64,000 bases of DNA, from the IMG/VR virus record IMGVR_UViG_3300043429_001189, positions 1 through 64,000 of that record, one strand, 5' to 3'. This document shows positions 1 through 8,562 of this stretch, piece after piece. This stretch comes from an uncultured virus (IMG/VR IMGVR_UViG_3300043429_001189). Taxonomy: Duplodnaviria; Heunggongvirae; Uroviricota; Caudoviricetes. Numbering within the stretch: the stretch's first letter is position 1; every line of letters starts with the position of its first letter. A program made the position numbers and the translations under genes. The notes under the pieces are model-generated. The model was not told where the DNA came from. It searched no databases and saw only the letters and a program-made list of their open reading frames with translations.

Positions 1-1256
1 TCGTTTATTATTAAATAAAACATTACTTCACCCCAGTCTGGTTCAACTGTATAAAAGAACAAACCGTTACTAATAAAATAGCTTTTGGTTGGCAAATTCT
101 TTATTATTTCATTTCTAGTAAGTCCTATAGAAATTCCCTTATTAGGTTCTATATTTTCCATTTCATGTGTTTTTTGATATATTTCCATTTCTTTCATTTT
201 TTTAAAGTCTTTTATTGATAAGCCTTCTATGTTTGTTAGAAAAATATAATTATGATACTTTGCAGAAAACATAACACAATCTTGTATTTTTTCAAAATTT
301 GATTCATCTCTAATATATCCTTTTAATTCTATTAAATATTCTTCGTTATCAATATTAATAATAAAATCTGGCGTATATAATTTAGAGCCAATGCAAATAG
401 TTACATTTTCATAAGACCAACTTTCTAATATATTTTCATTTGGTTTAATTATTTTTTCTATAAACTCAGATTCTAAAGAAGATCTAGTAATAAAAGGTTC
501 TGTATTAAGGCATTTTTTAAAATCTGCGTTGTTAAATTCTGTTCTTTTAAATATTGGATTACCCATTGAATTTGAACCCATTATTGAATGATATGTCCCT
601 ATTATAGAATTTATAATTTTATATGCCTCATCTAAATTACTGTCGGTTAAGTTTTTTAAGATATCTTTATCATAATATTTTTTATAAGCTTCTTTATTCC
701 AAAAGTTTTGTATTTTAGATAATTTATATTCATCGCTATTAACTATCTTTCGTCGAAACTGCGAATAAATTTTATCTACATTTTCATTGGAGACGCCATC
801 CAAGAAATATCCTTTATTTGATAAAACCAATCTTTTCCAATCTGTAGTATTAAATTCTTTATCGTAAGATTTTCGTTTATCTGTCCAATTATCCTTCTTA
901 TTTTTTAAATTAGGTCTACCTTTAAGTTTTTTAGAGTGATCTGGTCTTCTTTTACCTCTAAATGAATGTCCCCTATTATAATTAGCATCTTTTACATCAT
1001 GTCTAAATGTTATATTATCAAAAATTTTGTATTTGTTATCATCAACTTCAGATTTACAAACTTTTAAGAAATCATCTAATGTTAAGATTTTATTTTTTAT
1101 AATATACTTTAGTACATAAAAATATTTATCTTTATAGACTTTCTTACAAATATGTATAATACTTGAATCTATTAAATCTTCAATTTTTTCAATATTTTTT
1201 TTGATAGTTAATACAGATAGTTTTTTATACCCTTGTAATACTTCTAAAGTGTTCAT
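1..1256 (-). CDS. Free-standing PD-(D/E)xK (T7 endonuclease I/TnsA-like) homing endonuclease, partial (runs off window edge)
   Basis: Hand translation from ATG 1256 (MNTLEVLQGYKK...) is open to position 1 (at least 418 codons). It has a basic NUMOD-like stretch GHSFRGKRRPDHSKKLKG and a nuclease core TRSSLESEF...WSYE...YTPDFIIN...YLIELKG. It is absent from the ORF track because there is no stop in the window. Confidence 0.75.
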   Translation of the reverse strand, partial: MNTLEVLQGYKKLSVLTIKKNIEKIEDLIDSSIIHICKKVYKDKYFYVLKYIIKNKILTLDDFLKVCKSEVDDNKYKIFDNITFRHDVKDANYNRGHSFRGKRRPDHSKKLKGRPNLKNKKDNWTDKRKSYDKEFNTTDWKRLVLSNKGYFLDGVSNENVDKIYSQFRRKIVNSDEYKLSKIQNFWNKEAYKKYYDKDILKNLTDSNLDEAYKIINSIIGTYHSIMGSNSMGNPIFKRTEFNNADFKKCLNTEPFITRSSLESEFIEKIIKPNENILESWSYENVTICIGSKLYTPDFIINIDNEEYLIELKGYIRDESNFEKIQDCVMFSAKYHNYIFLTNIEGLSIKDFKKMKEMEIYQKTHEMENIEPNKGISIGLTRNEIIKNLPTKSYFISNGLFFYTVEPDWGEVMFYLIIN

Positions 1257-1305
1257 GACCAATATAAATTTTATTTATGTTATATATTCAAGTCATGAAC
1301 ACTTT
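1246..1305 (-). promoter_or_regulatory. Hairpin occluding the endonuclease start codon, with AATATATA motif in the loop
   Basis: Perfect 14-bp inverted repeat aaagtgttcatgac (1246-1259) / gtcatgaacacttt (1292-1305) includes the ATG. The motif tatatatt at 1281-1288 lies in the loop. Confidence 0.7.
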
Positions 1306-1310
1306 TTTAC

Positions 1311-2441
1311 TTAATTTGTAATTAAAATGTCATCTTCCAATAAATCTTTTGCCTCTACCCAACCTCTTTGTGTAAATAATTTATGATTAGCTGTGCATTT
1401 TATTGTTTTATTATTATCTAAATCTTCAATTTCATATACTTCAGCTGAATCATCAGTCATACCAAAATCGGTTATTAATTTCCATTCATTTATGTTAGTA
1501 TCAATATTACGTGATAGCGTATAAATTTGATCTTCTAATTTAAGTATTTCACCAATTTCATCTATTCTTACTTTATGAATTTCATCACTTATTTTAATAT
1601 CAATTATCGTATCACCTGTCACACAAATATTAGTCATAAATACTTTTAGACCGTTTTTCTTATATGATTCGGGGTTTTGTTTATTGACATTGCCTTTAAA
1701 CATAATATAAGGTTCACCGGTCGCTTTTCTTTTTTGCAAAAGTTTGCCCCATTTACGGCGTGCTTCGGTATCACCATCTAATAATTTGCGCATAAATTTA
1801 TCACCAACAACTGCGCATTGATGCATATTTAATGATTGGCGATTAACATCACCTTTAGGTTCTCGTGTTTCCAACCAATCTTCAAAATCTTTATGCTCAA
1901 TATTAATATTTGTACTTGCTGCGCCTCTTCTTACAGCACCTTGATTGGTTGCAAGAATTGTTGAATCATAAATTTTGCAAAAAGGAACCACTCCATCTGA
2001 TGTTCCATTACCCGTTATTTTTGATCCAGCAGGTCTGATTTGATTAATACCAATACCTACTCCACCTCCATGTTTTGCAAGCAACATTAGTTCCAAATTT
2101 TTAGAACCTATTTCATAAATACTATCGCCAACATCAATCCCAAAACAACTAATAGGTAATCCTCTATCTGTTCCCATATTTGACAAAACTGGTGATGCCA
2201 AGCCTAGCCAGCCTTTCCAAATATAATCAAAAAATTTAGTAGCAAGGTGTGGCTTTCCTAATCTTTTAGCAACAGTGGTAGAAACCCGCCAATAAGCATC
2301 TTTAGGTTTTTCTCCCGCTAAAAGATATCCTTTGGATATTGTGTTAACATAAATTTCTGTTGCGCCCCAATCAGGAATATCAACTCCAAGTTCCCAGCCC
2401 AACATATCTAATAATTCTTGTACTTTTTCGTTATTCATCAT
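1311..2441 (-). CDS. nrdA: Class I ribonucleotide reductase alpha subunit, N-terminal fragment fused to an N-terminal split intein
   Basis: Motifs ASPVLSN, LPISCF, KHGGGVG and NQGAVRRGA. The extein ends at KVFMTNI, immediately before the catalytic Cys, and is followed by intein blocks. Confidence 0.95.
   Translation of the reverse strand: MMNNEKVQELLDMLGWELGVDIPDWGATEIYVNTISKGYLLAGEKPKDAYWRVSTTVAKRLGKPHLATKFFDYIWKGWLGLASPVLSNMGTDRGLPISCFGIDVGDSIYEIGSKNLELMLLAKHGGGVGIGINQIRPAGSKITGNGTSDGVVPFCKIYDSTILATNQGAVRRGAASTNINIEHKDFEDWLETREPKGDVNRQSLNMHQCAVVGDKFMRKLLDGDTEARRKWGKLLQKRKATGEPYIMFKGNVNKQNPESYKKNGLKVFMTNICVTGDTIIDIKISDEIHKVRIDEIGEILKLEDQIYTLSRNIDTNINEWKLITDFGMTDDSAEVYEIEDLDNNKTIKCTANHKLFTQRGWVEAKDLLEDDILITN
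1314..1625 (-). mobile_element. N-terminal half of a split intein (104 aa)
   Basis: Block A CVTGDT and block B IKCTANHKLFTQRGWVEAKDL, then a stop codon with no C-terminal HN motif. Confidence 0.9.
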
Positions 2442-2457
2442 ATTTTATTTTTTCTTT

Positions 2458-3480
2458 TTAAAACCAATCATCTGCATTCCAATTTTCATTTTCGTTTGCT
2501 TTACTATAATCGGTAGATCTTAAAGCAAAGAAATCCGTCCAAGTAACGCCTCCTGTCAAATGATAAAACCAATCCAAATTAGAGGCTTTTTCTTCGTCAA
2601 ATTCAAAATAATCAGCACTGCCTTTAACAGAATTATATCCCAATTCGTTAAGTTTTTCGTTAACTCTTTTAGTGATAAATTCTTTTAAATCACTTGCCTT
2701 AAGATTTTCCAAATCGCCCATCTCAAAAATTTTATCAATAAATTTATGTTCCAATTCTCTGATTAACTTAGCTGCTTTAAAAACATCTTCTTTAGCTTCG
2801 TCCAATAATTCAGGATATTCTTCACACATATGTCTAAATAATTGACAGCCCATTCTTGAATGTAAAGATTCATCTCTAACACTCCATTTCATTTGCTGTC
2901 CGATTCCTTTTAGCATATCTCCTCTCATTTGGAATGAGTATAAAACCGCAAATGAAGAATATAACGCAACCCCTTCTGCAAAAGCTGAAAAAATAGCTAA
3001 ACTGCGAGCAACTTCAACTCTTGCTTGTGGGTTCGTTGCTAAATCATTAGGAGTCCAATCAGCTGTTGTGCTGGTTAATAATTCAAACCTTTCTTTCATT
3101 GTTTCATCATGTAGAAAGCCTTCAAAATTGTCTAATCCCAATGTTTCATTTAAGTATGAATAAGCTCGGGCATGAATAGTTTCAAAATATCCAAATGCCA
3201 TTGCCATTTCTTTAATTTCATGTTTAGGAAACCACCTAGTTACCATTCCAGTCCAATAATCTGATACCGCGCATTCAGTTTGCGCAAAGCCTAATAGAAT
3301 ATTCCCGACTAAATGTTTTTCTTCTTTGGTCAATTTTTCATTCCAATCCTTAATATCTGCGCCCATTGGAATTTCGGTGTGCATCCAAAATGCTTGACTT
3401 TGTGGCATCCAGCCGTTCAAATCATATTCAGGATATTCAAATGGTTTATAAGGAATTCTTTCTGTAAATAGCTTACTCAT
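2458..3480 (-). CDS. nrdB: Class I ribonucleotide reductase beta subunit
   Basis: KPFEYP, FW, ETIHARAY (ExxH plus Tyr), EGVALYSSF, DESLH and C-terminal TDFF. Confidence 0.95.
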   Translation of the reverse strand: MSKLFTERIPYKPFEYPEYDLNGWMPQSQAFWMHTEIPMGADIKDWNEKLTKEEKHLVGNILLGFAQTECAVSDYWTGMVTRWFPKHEIKEMAMAFGYFETIHARAYSYLNETLGLDNFEGFLHDETMKERFELLTSTTADWTPNDLATNPQARVEVARSLAIFSAFAEGVALYSSFAVLYSFQMRGDMLKGIGQQMKWSVRDESLHSRMGCQLFRHMCEEYPELLDEAKEDVFKAAKLIRELEHKFIDKIFEMGDLENLKASDLKEFITKRVNEKLNELGYNSVKGSADYFEFDEEKASNLDWFYHLTGGVTWTDFFALRSTDYSKANENENWNADDWF

Positions 3481-3481
3481 A

Positions 3482-4858
3482 TTATTTTATATATTTTTTA
3501 AGTTGTTCAATTTCATCTTCAATATCCATATATTCTTTTTTTGCCTTTTTTCTTTTACCGTAGTAATTTGCAAGAATCGTTCTAAACACCGAGTCCTCTT
3601 CCTTTTTAAACAAAGCTCCTGACGACGTTTTAATATATTTATCTACGTCAACTTCTTCATTTTTATCGACGTTGTATAGATATGATTCCGGAGATATATT
3701 CCATTGCCTCATTATTGAAGGATAAAGAGACGCAAAGTCAAACGATGCAACCCATTCATATATTCCTGTTTTGGGATCAACGACAAAAGCTCCTTCATAG
3801 TGTTCCTTCTTTTTAGTTATTTTATCCGTTTTAGGAAAAACCTTACCTCTTGACCAATTTTCGCGTGCCATTGCAGCTTCAGCCATCCAAATTGGGGAAA
3901 ATGCCCGATTTGCTTCAACTTGGGTAATATTTCCAAGCAGCAAAAAAGTTTGCATTGTGTTAATTTTTTCATCGATCATTTCAACCAATTTGGTATCAAC
4001 CGCATTATAGAAAATATATGTTTCAAAATCATTTTCATACATATCTTGCAAAGTGCCTGGATATTTAATTTTATTTATTCCCAGCGCTGCTTTTGCTACA
4101 TAGTCCAATGTGTTATTTTCTTTGATATCAATAACCCGATCCCATTTTTTATATACATCAAGATAGTCAACAACAAGTCGGTGAACAGGAAACTGTAAAT
4201 CACCTGCTAATTTGTATGTTGGTGAACATGCTGAGATGTCAATGTTTAATCTTTTGCATCGAGTAATTAAATATGTCCAGTCAAAACCAATAAAATTCCA
4301 TCCAGTCAAAAGTGGCATTTTTGGAACTGCTTTCAAGAAAAAAGAAGAAAGCATATCATATTCGGTTTTAAAATATAGATAATTAAAATCTACTTTTTGA
4401 TTGATATGTTCCTCAATTTTTTTCTTGATGTTAAATATTTGTTCAGCAGTTAATTGCTTTGTTCCCATCGAGATTACTTTTTCTTTATGACAAAAGGTAA
4501 TTGCAGTGACAGGAGTTTTTGCCAATTCTGGTTTAGGCCATTCATCGCCTACAAAGACCTCAATATCAATAAAGAATTTTTTGGGAACATTATTTGAATA
4601 AATGTTTTTGGTGCGTTCTTCAGGTAATGAAAGTAAAAATTCTTCAATTCTCCATTTACTTAAGAATTTAGTTTTTTTCTTCTTTACAGGTTTGCCGTCC
4701 CAGGACATAACTCCTGGGAACGGTTTATCATTTCCTGTGCAATATTCCCATTCAAACATTTCTTCCATTGGAACAGATATCCTATCAAGAGCAACATCAC
4801 CATTTTCATTAAAATAAGAAATTGTAAGTGTTGAATCTTTTTGTTCAATATCAATCAT
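3482..4858 (-). CDS. gp43: Family B DNA polymerase, N-terminal subunit (gp43A-like: exonuclease plus motif A)
   Basis: ExoI DIEV, ExoII GWNFIGFDWTY, ExoIII YNAVD, YEGAFV and motif A SFDFASLYPSIM. It ends before KxxxNSxYG and YGDTDS. Confidence 0.9.
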   Translation of the reverse strand: MIDIEQKDSTLTISYFNENGDVALDRISVPMEEMFEWEYCTGNDKPFPGVMSWDGKPVKKKKTKFLSKWRIEEFLLSLPEERTKNIYSNNVPKKFFIDIEVFVGDEWPKPELAKTPVTAITFCHKEKVISMGTKQLTAEQIFNIKKKIEEHINQKVDFNYLYFKTEYDMLSSFFLKAVPKMPLLTGWNFIGFDWTYLITRCKRLNIDISACSPTYKLAGDLQFPVHRLVVDYLDVYKKWDRVIDIKENNTLDYVAKAALGINKIKYPGTLQDMYENDFETYIFYNAVDTKLVEMIDEKINTMQTFLLLGNITQVEANRAFSPIWMAEAAMARENWSRGKVFPKTDKITKKKEHYEGAFVVDPKTGIYEWVASFDFASLYPSIMRQWNISPESYLYNVDKNEEVDVDKYIKTSSGALFKKEEDSVFRTILANYYGKRKKAKKEYMDIEDEIEQLKKYIK

Positions 4859-4889
4859 GGTTTATATTTTTAGATGTTAAAATGAAAAA

Positions 4890-5372
4890 TTAGTATCCGT
4901 TTTTTTGCCTTTCGCGATTATGCTCATTTTTGGACATATACATATTATACATTTCCTGCGAAGTCATTCCGATAGAAGCGGCATAATTCATAAAGAAATG
5001 CAACATATCCACAATCTCAAATTTGCATTCCAGTTGGTCATCAATAGACAAATCAGAAAATTTTAAATTGGCATATTTATTGTAATCTTTTTTCCAACGT
5101 TTCCAAACAGCTGACCCACCTGAAGAAACACCGCCCAAAGAATCTGTTGCTTCATGAATTTCATCGATCATTGCGTGATTATTCATGTGCCAAAAATTCA
5201 TTATATCCCTAAGAGACATATTTTCAAAGTCATAACCATAAACATTTTTTTGAGTTTCAGCTTGAAGATTTAAAATATCGCCCAAAGTATCTGTAAATTC
5301 GTTTGATTCAATTGCTTTGGACCAAAGGTCATCAATTTTTAAATGCGAACAAGTATTATCTGTATTTGCCAT
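4890..5372 (-). CDS. Dimeric dUTPase / dCTP pyrophosphatase (T4 gp56-like)
   Basis: DEIHEATD, WKRWK, KFEIVDMLHFFMN and KNEHNRERQKNGY are all-alpha NTP-PPase motifs. Confidence 0.85.
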   Translation of the reverse strand: MANTDNTCSHLKIDDLWSKAIESNEFTDTLGDILNLQAETQKNVYGYDFENMSLRDIMNFWHMNNHAMIDEIHEATDSLGGVSSGGSAVWKRWKKDYNKYANLKFSDLSIDDQLECKFEIVDMLHFFMNYAASIGMTSQEMYNMYMSKNEHNRERQKNGY

Positions 5373-5442
5373 ATTATTATAGTGTTTGTTTTTATATTCA
5401 ATTATTATACTTAGTTCTTTTTTAAGAATAATGTTGGTTTGA

Positions 5443-5468
5443 AAACTTTTTTTTAAATGCGTATATAA
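5443..5468 (+). promoter_or_regulatory. Putative phage promoter AAACT-N14-TATATAA
   Basis: The same two-box motif recurs at 53795-53820 (+), 53765-53791 (-) and 27653-27679 (-). Confidence 0.4.
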
Positions 5469-5526
5469 CCTATACGTTGTTTAGGTTGGTGAGATACTTA
5501 TACTAAGCTACTTATTACAAGTTAAA

Positions 5527-5569
5527 CTTAAAGAATAACTTAATTAAGATCTTAAAGAAAGACTTAAAG
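5527..5569. repeat. Four CTTAA(AG) motifs at exact 12-nt period
   Basis: CTTAAAG at 5527, CTTAATT at 5539, CTTAAAG at 5551 and CTTAAAG at 5563, in the divergent intergenic region. Confidence 0.55.
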
Positions 5570-5679
5570 TATTGACATCTTGACATTACCATCTTTATGA
5601 TTTATGTCTTATTGTCATAAAAATAGGATTTGCACAATCTTTGCAGATAATAAATAAAAAAAAACAAATTTTATACATT

Positions 5680-6039
5680 ATGGCACATCATTTTCATTCA
5701 ACCAAACTTTACGATCCGTACTCGCTTTTCAGCGTTTCATCAAACACAACTACTTACCCTTCGCCAAAGGCAATGAAAACTGATGATGGGTGGGTGCAGG
5801 AAATTATTTTACCTGGTTTTACTAAAGAAGAAATTAAAATTACAGTTGAGCAAGATTACTTTGTAGTTGAGGCTGAAACCGAACGCGAATTACCTACAAC
5901 ACTTAATCAAAAAGTAACCAAAACATTTTTAGCTGATGACATTGATCCTGAGTCTGTTATCGCTACTTTGGAAAACGGTATTCTTAAAATCATGTTTTCA
6001 TTGACAAAACAGCCAGGAAAAGTAATCACAGTTAGTTAA
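5680..6039 (+). CDS. Small heat shock protein (Hsp20/alpha-crystallin)
   Basis: LPGFTKEEIKI and ATLENGILKI motifs with C-terminal ITV. The ATG at 5680 is preferred over the track's TTG at 5641. Confidence 0.9.
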   Translation: MAHHFHSTKLYDPYSLFSVSSNTTTYPSPKAMKTDDGWVQEIILPGFTKEEIKITVEQDYFVVEAETERELPTTLNQKVTKTFLADDIDPESVIATLENGILKIMFSLTKQPGKVITVS

Positions 6040-6058
6040 ACAATTTGTTTTAAAAAGT

Positions 6059-6096
6059 AAAGCCTCGAGAAACTTAAAGTTTCTCGAGGCTTTTTT
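6059..6096. terminator. Intrinsic terminator between convergent genes (probably bidirectional)
   Basis: 16-bp stem aaagcctcgagaaact / agtttctcgaggcttt followed by a T run. Confidence 0.85.
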
Positions 6097-6114
6097 ATTG
6101 TTAATCTGATTATT

Positions 6115-7488
6115 TTATAGATATCTTTCAGCCATCCTTGCCCAGTTTTTCATACCCAAGCTCTTGAATCCGGCGGCTTTTACAAAGGTTCTCATTGAAA
6201 CATCTTTTGCCCGTTTCATAAATTCATATACTTCCAATTTATCTTCAATAGACATATCACGTGGTTCCATGTGTGGGAGTAATAAACGAATTCTTTCCAT
6301 CAGAGTTACGTCGTCTGGGTTTACGTCAACCAAAATTGATCTTGAACGAATTGCGCCATCGGGATCCGCTTTATCTTTTGGTAAATTTGATATAAATACA
6401 ACTCGTCCTGCAAACTCAAAATAAGCTGGGATCATACCACCTTCAACAGCATTCCATTCTGCCTCAGGATCATTTTCGTAATCTTTAGGATCAAATACTA
6501 TAGATGATTTTTTAAGATATGAAATTCTTCTAACCTTTTTAGTGTCAAGCGCAGCTTTTAGGATGTTACGTCCTGTTTCGTCTCTAAACACAGAATCACA
6601 ATCATCAAAAACCAAAACTTTATTGCGGTATTGGAACATCTTCTTATACATCATAATTACTGAAACCGCACCGGAAACAATAATGTAATCTTCATCCTCG
6701 ACAAGGCCTTCATCTTTTAATGCACGTTCAACACTGAAAGTTTTACCTGTACCTGCTCTACCAGAAATAAACAATGAATTAAATCCACCTGCAGCAAGTC
6801 TTCGCGTAATTTCGTAAATGTCTTCAAGAGTTTCGTCCAACAGTTTTACTTTATCTTCCAATAGCATTTCATTACGCTTTACCGCTGGAATTTTTTCTGT
6901 GGTTGATGTTACACCCTTTCTTACCTGCAAGATCATTCCGTATGAAATGCCCATACTTTTTGAAATGTCTGCAGCGCTCTCGCCTTGTTCCAATCTTGAT
7001 TGGATTTCAGATTGTTCATCAGGTGACAAAGGTTTACGTGCTTCATACAAAGAAGATTCAACCAATTTATCAATTGATTTAGCGTAAGATGGATCATTAA
7101 TCAATCTTACAAATTCACTTAACAGAGAAACGATTGGAAAATTTTCACTTGATACAGAAAAATCTGCAACTCCAGAATTAGGCTTTGAAAGATATTCCAA
7201 AGTACCTATAATTCCTCTGCGTCCGCCACCATAAATTTTTACGCATGACAAATCCTTATCACTAAACAACATAACAACTGGTGTGTTATGATCATCATAT
7301 CCAATAAACGGAAACAAAACGAATGCTTTGCCTGTCTTTTTGTTTAAAAAGGATTTTATAATTTCCGATGCTTGATTTAATTTAGGTTCTATATCAGTCT
7401 GAGACCTTCCTAAATTTTCGTTCATGCTATCAGAAGAATGCAAATCTCCGGAAATAAATTCCTCGAATAGTTGAATGTAATTCTTCAT
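6115..7488 (-). CDS. AAA-family ATPase with central HTH and CTS-like leader
   Basis: Walker A GRAGTGKT, Walker B VLVFDDCD, sensor FISN and Arg finger AIRSR. HTH-like GESAADISKSMGISYG. N-terminus MKNYIQLFEEFI. Confidence 0.8.
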   Translation of the reverse strand: MKNYIQLFEEFISGDLHSSDSMNENLGRSQTDIEPKLNQASEIIKSFLNKKTGKAFVLFPFIGYDDHNTPVVMLFSDKDLSCVKIYGGGRRGIIGTLEYLSKPNSGVADFSVSSENFPIVSLLSEFVRLINDPSYAKSIDKLVESSLYEARKPLSPDEQSEIQSRLEQGESAADISKSMGISYGMILQVRKGVTSTTEKIPAVKRNEMLLEDKVKLLDETLEDIYEITRRLAAGGFNSLFISGRAGTGKTFSVERALKDEGLVEDEDYIIVSGAVSVIMMYKKMFQYRNKVLVFDDCDSVFRDETGRNILKAALDTKKVRRISYLKKSSIVFDPKDYENDPEAEWNAVEGGMIPAYFEFAGRVVFISNLPKDKADPDGAIRSRSILVDVNPDDVTLMERIRLLLPHMEPRDMSIEDKLEVYEFMKRAKDVSMRTFVKAAGFKSLGMKNWARMAERYL

Positions 7489-7536
7489 TTAATTTTTTTT
7501 TATTTTTATTATATATTTTGATTAAAATTTATTTTT

Positions 7537-7860
7537 TTATTTTTTTGGCTTAAACCCCGCGTCTCTTGCCTCTTTTGCTAAATCAGCATCAGCTTTACCC
7601 CAGGTACCTTCACCGCCAGTTAAAAAACTGTTTACTCGTGCATAACCCCATTGCTCCTGTCCTGCTCCAGGTCTATGCCCGCTTTTCCATGCTGCCATGC
7701 CTCTTCGCATAACTGCTCGAATTATTCCGATAGGAGCGCCTGATTCTTCGCTTTTCTTTTTGAGCGCTTTTTCGATATCGGGATTATCAATAGGACTTCT
7801 GTCAGTTGATTGTTGCTTTTCTTCAAGCAGCCAAGATTCATATGTTTTTGTGTATTCCAA
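7537..7860 (-). CDS. Conserved viral protein (DUF5824-like) with CTS-like leader
   Basis: RRGMAAWKSGHRPGA...QWGYARVNSFL motif. N-terminus MEYTKTYESWLLE. Confidence 0.65.
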   Translation of the reverse strand: MEYTKTYESWLLEEKQQSTDRSPIDNPDIEKALKKKSEESGAPIGIIRAVMRRGMAAWKSGHRPGAGQEQWGYARVNSFLTGGEGTWGKADADLAKEARDAGFKPKK

Positions 7861-7874
7861 AACAATTATAATTT

Positions 7875-8501
7875 TTATTTGAATTTATGAATTAATCCTA
7901 GAACACCCGAAACGTAATTTGCAGTATCTCTTATTAATTCCTTTTCATCTTCTGTAAATTCGTGAATATCTTTGACAAATTCAACTCCCATTGCCCCGTG
8001 TAATTTGCCAGTTGGGGTTTTTAAAGAAACTATAAATAAAGATTGACAACCCGTTGACTCAGCTGTATCTCTTAATCCAAAGGATTTTTGATTTTCGTCG
8101 CTTATGTCATTTATACATAATTCCTCATTATCATGAATTTCTTTAAGTGCTCGACTAAAAAAACTTGTTGGCACATTTTGAAATTTATCTCTAATAGTAG
8201 AAATACCAATGTTTACTATCTCAAAGAAAAAACTAAATTTTTTAATTGAAACTCCTGATGAATAATAATGTCCTCCATTATGAAACTGCATTATCCATAT
8301 TCTGTCACAATCTATTTCACCTAATAAATATGTTAATTGTTCATTGATTAAAATATCCGACTCCATTTCTTCATACATCGGATCTTTTAAAGATTCTTTT
8401 CTTTTAATGTAGGACCTTACATATTCCAAAACCGCTGGGCCGATAACCGCAGTTATCAAGGCAACAATAATTGTAACAATTAATGATGTTTCCATTCTCA
8501 A
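7875..8501 (-). CDS. N-terminally membrane-anchored GAF-like protein, possible T4 T-type holin
   Basis: One N-terminal TM (LIVTIIVALITAVIGPAVL) followed by a GAF-like pattern DRIWIMQFHNG...SLFIVSL...GAMGVEF. Confidence 0.5.
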   Translation of the reverse strand: MRMETSLIVTIIVALITAVIGPAVLEYVRSYIKRKESLKDPMYEEMESDILINEQLTYLLGEIDCDRIWIMQFHNGGHYYSSGVSIKKFSFFFEIVNIGISTIRDKFQNVPTSFFSRALKEIHDNEELCINDISDENQKSFGLRDTAESTGCQSLFIVSLKTPTGKLHGAMGVEFVKDIHEFTEDEKELIRDTANYVSGVLGLIHKFK

Positions 8502-8562
8502 AAACTCTAATAATGTCTAAGACATTATCTCTTTCTTTTTTCATATTTTTATTTTTTCTTAA

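Noticed and set aside
3480..3500. Frameshift or read-through joining the polymerase to a C-terminal half
   Set aside because: The downstream sequence is an intact nrdB starting 1 nt after the stop, so no polymerase continuation is present.
4890..5372. dCTPase as evidence of modified cytosine DNA
   Set aside because: This family includes plain dUTPases, and no hydroxymethylase or glycosyltransferase gene is in the window.
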